Below, piece by piece: positions 58,241 through 64,000 of a stretch of DNA of 64,000 bases; within the stretch, counting starts at the first letter, position 1; every line of letters starts with the position of its first letter. The notes below the pieces were generated by a model that saw only the letters and a list, made by a program, of their open reading frames with translations, made no database searches and was not told where the DNA came from. This DNA comes from Eledone cirrhosa (lineage: Eukaryota). Both the position numbers and the translations under genes were made by a program. The stretch lies in the NCBI GenBank assembly GCA_964016885.1, contig OZ024748.1, forward strand, positions 17,112,001-17,176,000. The letters are read 5' to 3'.

Positions 58241-59337
58241 ATTACAAATCATACACAACATTAGTTCTTCTCTCTCCCTCTCTCTTGTTCTTTGACTCTG
58301 TTTACCTGTGGGAGAAGTCAGCCATGTTCTAAACCAATGGATGATTGGTGGCACCAAGTTTAATTGTCCATAAGATACATTTTAAGTCACGATGGCGGCG
58401 CTAGGACTCTATCAAAAGTTAAGGGCCCATCACATGGCATATGCTTTTCTATATGCACAAGCTTTCAAGTATATTTAGTGTATTTATGTGAATGCATCTG
58501 CATTTAGATATACATGTGCATTTTTTATGGTGCTGCATGTTTTTATGTGCATACTGGTTTTACCTGCATTAATTTGTGTGTGCATATGTATACAAGTATG
58601 CATATGTATACATGTGTGCATATGTATATATATGTGCATATGTATACATGTGTATACATGTATCTATGTATATGTGCATATGTATACATGTATCTATGTA
58701 TTTGTGTGCATGTGCACGTGTTCTTATATGCGTGTATTTAGATTTTTTATAAGCATGTCCTTTTTGCTGCATGTATGTTTTGTATGTGCATTTTTTGCAA
58801 GTGTATCTATTTTCTTCAGAGATGTGCATATATTTGCATATATTACCGCATGTAATATATGCATATATATTACCGCATGTGTATGTGTTTGTATGAATTG
58901 GACTGTGTGTGTGTTCACATGTATGCATCTGTATGTTTGTATTTGTGTGTGTGTGTGTGCTTGTGTAAACATCTGTGTGTGTGAGTAAACGTGTGTGCGT
59001 GTGTGTGTGTGTGCTTGTGTAAAGATCTGTGTGTGTGAGTAAACGTGTGTGCGTGTGTGTGTGTGTGTGCTTGTGTAAATGTTTATATATATGCATATTC
59101 AAGTTTATATGAATGCATGTTTGTATGTATCTGCATGTGCATGTATGTGCATGTGCTTGTTTGTGTCTGTGTCGGTATATATATATATATATGTGTATAT
59201 ATATATATACATATATATATGTATATATATACATATATATATACATATGTGTGTATGTGTGGGTGCATATATATGCATATATATATATACATATGTGTGT
59301 ATATGTGTGTGTATATATATATATATATGTGTGTGTG

Positions 59338-59407
<70 letters not shown>

Positions 59408-59635
59408 CACATGAGTGTGTGGATGTATATATATGTATATATATATACATATATGTGTGTGTATATATATATATACACATATATATATATATGTGTATAT
59501 ATATATATACATATATATATGTATATATATACATATATATATACATATGTGTGTATGTGTGGGTGTATATATATGCATATATATATATACATATGTGTGT
59601 ATATGTGTGTGTATATATATATATATATGTGTGTG

Positions 59636-59703
<68 letters not shown>

Positions 59704-59749
59704 CACACGAGTGTGTGGATGTATATATATGTATATATATATACATATA

Positions 59750-59906
<157 letters not shown>

Positions 59907-60029
59907 TTATCAGAGCCTAAGAAACAAATACAAGACAAAATATAAGTAAATATCATTTGATATTCATATATTGCCATGTTGCATTGAAATTTATATTTGC
60001 GTGTCTATGAATAAATGGAGAAGATGGTG

Positions 60030-60346
60030 ATAATAATAATAACAACAACAACAACAACAACAACCACAGTAATAACAAGAATAACAACAACAGCAACAAC
60101 AAGAACAGTAATAACAACAACAGCAAGAATAATAATAACATAATAGTAATAATAACAATAGCAACAACAACAACAACAACCACAGTAATAACAAGAATAA
60201 CAACAACAGCAACAACAAGAACAGTAATAAGAACAACAACAGCAAGAATAATAATAACATAATAGTAATAATAATAATTGGAAACAAAACTGAAGGAAAA
60301 GGAAAAAAACACAAACAACAACAGCAGCAACAATAATAATAATAAT

Positions 60347-60387
<41 letters not shown>

Positions 60388-60722
60388 TTTCTTCTTCTTG
60401 TGTAGCACAGTTTGCAATATATGCACATCTACATCTACTTTTCAAAATTGCATGCTGCAGATCTTAGCTGTACAGCCACTACCACTACCACCTCCTCCTC
60501 TGCCACTTCTAACCTTCTTTTACTGTTTTTTTCTTTTTTCTTTTTTCTTTTTCTTTTTTCTTTTTTCTTTTTTCTTTTTTCTTTTTTCTTTTTTCTTTTT
60601 TCTTTTTTCTTTTTTCTTTTTTCTTTTTTCTTTTTTCTTTTTTCTTTTTTCTTTTTTTTTTTTCTTTTTTCTTTTTTCTTTTTTCTTTTTTCTTTATTCT
60701 TTTTTCTCATTTTTTTTTTCTC
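60030..60722. repeat. (AAC/AAT)n block with a 117-bp duplication, followed by a (CTTTTT)n tract
   Basis: caaccacagtaataacaagaat at 60061 and 60178; polypyrimidine tract at 60526-60722. Confidence 0.9.
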
Positions 60723-60780
60723 TTCTCTATTTTGCTGCAAACAAATGAAGGTCAGTAACTTCAAGTATTTCCACTCAATT

Positions 60781-63700
60781 ACGACCACCACCATCACCAC
60801 CACCACCACAAACACCGTCATCACTGCCATCACTAGCAATACCAACACCACCACCACCACTGCCATCACTAGCAATACCACCAACATCACCACCACCACC
60901 ACAAACACCGTCATCACTGCCATCACTAGCAATACCACCAACACCACCACCACCACAAACACCGTCATCACTGCCATCACTAGCAATACCACCAACACCA
61001 CCACCACCACAAACACCGTCATCACTGCCATCACTAGCAATACCACCAACACCACCACCACCACAAACACCGTCATCACTGCCATCACTAGCAATACCAC
61101 CAACACCACCACCACCACGAACACCGTCATCACTGCCATCACTAGCAATACCACCAACACCACCACCACCACAAACACCGTCATCACTGCCATCACTAGC
61201 AATACCACCAACACCACCACCACCACAAACACCGTCATCACTGCCATCACTAGCAATACCACCAACACCACCACCACCACAAACACCGTCATCACTGCCA
61301 TCACTAGCAATACCACCAACACCATCACCACCATCACCACCATCACCACCATCACCACAAACACCGCCATCACTCCATCACTAGCAATACCAACACCACC
61401 ACCACCACTGCCATCACTAGCAATACCACCAACACCATCACCACCACCACAAACACCGCCGTCACTGCCATCACTAGCAATACCACCACCACCACCACCA
61501 CAAACACCGCCATCACTCTATCACTAGCAATACCACCAACACCACCACCAACACCATCATCACCACTGCCATCACTAGCAATACCACCACCACCACCACC
61601 ACAAACACTGCCATCACTCTATCACTAGCAATACCACCAACACCACCACCAACACCATCATCACCACTGCCATCACTAGCAATACCACCACCACCACCAC
61701 CAACACCATCATCACCACTGCCATCACTAGCAATACCACCACCACCACCACCACCACAAACACCACCATCACTCCATCACTAGCAATACCACCAACGCCA
61801 CCACCAACACCATCATCACCACTGCCATCACTAGCAATACCACCACCACCACCACCACCACAAACACCACCATCACTCTATCACTAGCAATACCACCAAC
61901 ACCACCACCAACACCATCATCACCACTGCCATCACTAGCAATACCACCACCACCACCACCACAAACACCAACATCACTCCATCACTAGCAATACCACCAA
62001 CACCACCACCAACACCACCATCACCACTGCCATCACTAGCAATACCACCACCACCACCACCACCACAAACACCACCATCACTCCATCACTAGCAATACCA
62101 CCAACGCCACCACCAACACCACCATCACCACTGCCATCACTAGCAATACCACCACCACCACCACCACCACAAACACCACCATCACTCTATCACTAGCAAT
62201 ACCACCAACACCACCACCACCACAAACACCAACATCACTCCATCACTAGCAATACCACCAACACCACCACCACCACAAACACCAACATCACTCCATCACT
62301 AGCAATACCACCAACACCACCACCAACACCACCATCACCACTGCCATCACTAGCAATACCACCACCACCACCACCACAAACACCACCATCACTCCATCAC
62401 TAGCAATACCACCAACACCACCACCAACACCACCATCACCACTGCCATCACTAGCAATACCACCACCACCACCACCACAAACACCACCATCACTCTATCA
62501 CTAGCAATACCACCAACACCACCACCAACACCATCATCACCACTGCCATCACTAGCAATACCACCACCACCACCACAAACACCACCATCACTCTATCACT
62601 AGCAATACCACCAACACCACCACCAACACCATCATCACCACTGCCATCACTAGCAATACCACCACCACCACCACCACCACAAACACCACCATCACTCCAT
62701 CACTAGCAATACCACCAACGCCACCACCAACACCATCATCACCACTGCCATCACTAGCAATACCACCACCACCACCACCACAAACACCGCCATCACTCCA
62801 TCACTAGCAATACCACCAACACCACCACCAACACCATCATCACCACTGCCATCACTAGCAATACCACCACCACCACCACCACAAACACCAACATCACTCC
62901 ATCACTAGCAATACCACCAACACCACCACCAACACCATCATCACCACTGCCATCACTAGCAATACCACCAACACCACCACCAACACCATCATCACCACTG
63001 CCATCACTAGCAATACCACCAACACCACCACAAACACCACCATCACTCCATCACTAGCAATACCACCAACACCACCACCAACACCATCATCACCACTGCC
63101 ATCACTAGCAATACCACCACCACCACCACCACAAACACCACCATCACTCCATCACTAGCAATACCACCAACACCACCACCAACACCATCATCACCACTGC
63201 CATCACTAGCAATACCACCACCACCACCACCACAAACACCAACATCACTCCATCACTAGCAATACCACCAACACCACCACCAACACCATCATCACCACTG
63301 CCATCACTAGCAATACCACCAACACCACCACCAACACCATCATCACCACTGCCATCACTAGCAATACCACCAACACCACCACCACCACTATCATCACCAC
63401 TGCCATCACTAGCAATACCACCAACACCACCATCATTGCCATCACTAGCAACATCACCATCATAACCATCATCACTATCAAACATTACCACCACTGCCAT
63501 CATCATCACTGTCATCACTAACATCACCACCACCACCATCACCAACACTACTACCACCACCACCATCAACATTACCACTGCCACCACCGCCACCAACACA
63601 CACTACCACTACCACTACAACAACACTACTACCACCACCACCACCAACACCACGACTACAACACTACCACCACCACCACACACTACCACTAACACCACCA

Positions 63701-63900
63701 CTACAACACTACTACCACCACCACCAACACACACTACCACTAACACCACCACTACAACAACACTACTACCACCAACACACTATCACTAACACCACTACTA
63801 CAACACTGCCACCACCAACACACACTACCACTAACACCACCACCATTACAAAAGAGACTACTGCTACCACTACCACCACAACAACCAGTACTACTACCAC
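60781..63900. repeat. 54-bp CCA-rich minisatellite changing into a two-unit higher-order repeat
   Basis: Period 54 at 60961/61015; the anchor ccatcactagcaatacc is present up to about 63450, then degenerate (CCA/CTA)n. Confidence 0.95.
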
Positions 63901-64000
63901 CTGCTCCATCTGATTGTAATATATTACTAAAGTATCATGAAAAATATCATTAGCAACAACAACAACAACAGCAACAAATCCCCCACAGCAACAACAATAG

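Noticed and set aside
57281-58264. 327-aa His/Thr/Pro-rich ORF resembling a formin FH1 domain or extensin
   Set aside because: Prolines are almost all CCA within a (CCA)n microsatellite, there is no flanking globular domain, and the opposite strand is equally open.
60412-61527. Thr-rich mucin-like ORF
   Set aside because: It spans a (CTTTTT)n tract and the 54-bp minisatellite, and downstream units shift frame.

Overview
AT-rich, repeat-saturated eukaryotic (animal) non-coding DNA. The SINE repertoire and the (TA)n/(CA)n load suggest a coleoid cephalopod, probably Octopus (inference). No protein-coding gene is supported: almost every listed ORF is a translated micro- or minisatellite, and the few non-repetitive ones are RTE-LINE remnants. 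The window holds dozens of tRNA-derived SINEs (Nin/Deu-like, CORE-like and Meta-like domains, some with RTE tails), RTE fragments, piggyBac-type (TTAA) and Tc1/mariner-type (TA) MITEs, and several minisatellites, two of them derived from TEs. The most notable signal is a set of short non-coding elements, mostly in or next to (TA)n tracts, that carry type I hammerhead ribozyme (HHR) motifs. These are one fully canonical HHR (17645-17725, minus strand), a direct-repeat retrozyme-like unit (about 25420-26093), head-to-head palindromes with an HHR in each arm (22411-22708, 26530-26722), and a multi-copy fold-back family that keeps only the GAAAC-stem III-GUC half. In that family each copy's two arms share private mutations and each copy has a different turn-around junction. 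The set resembles non-autonomous Penelope-like/retrozyme elements. All structures were read by eye and need folding and covariance-model confirmation.
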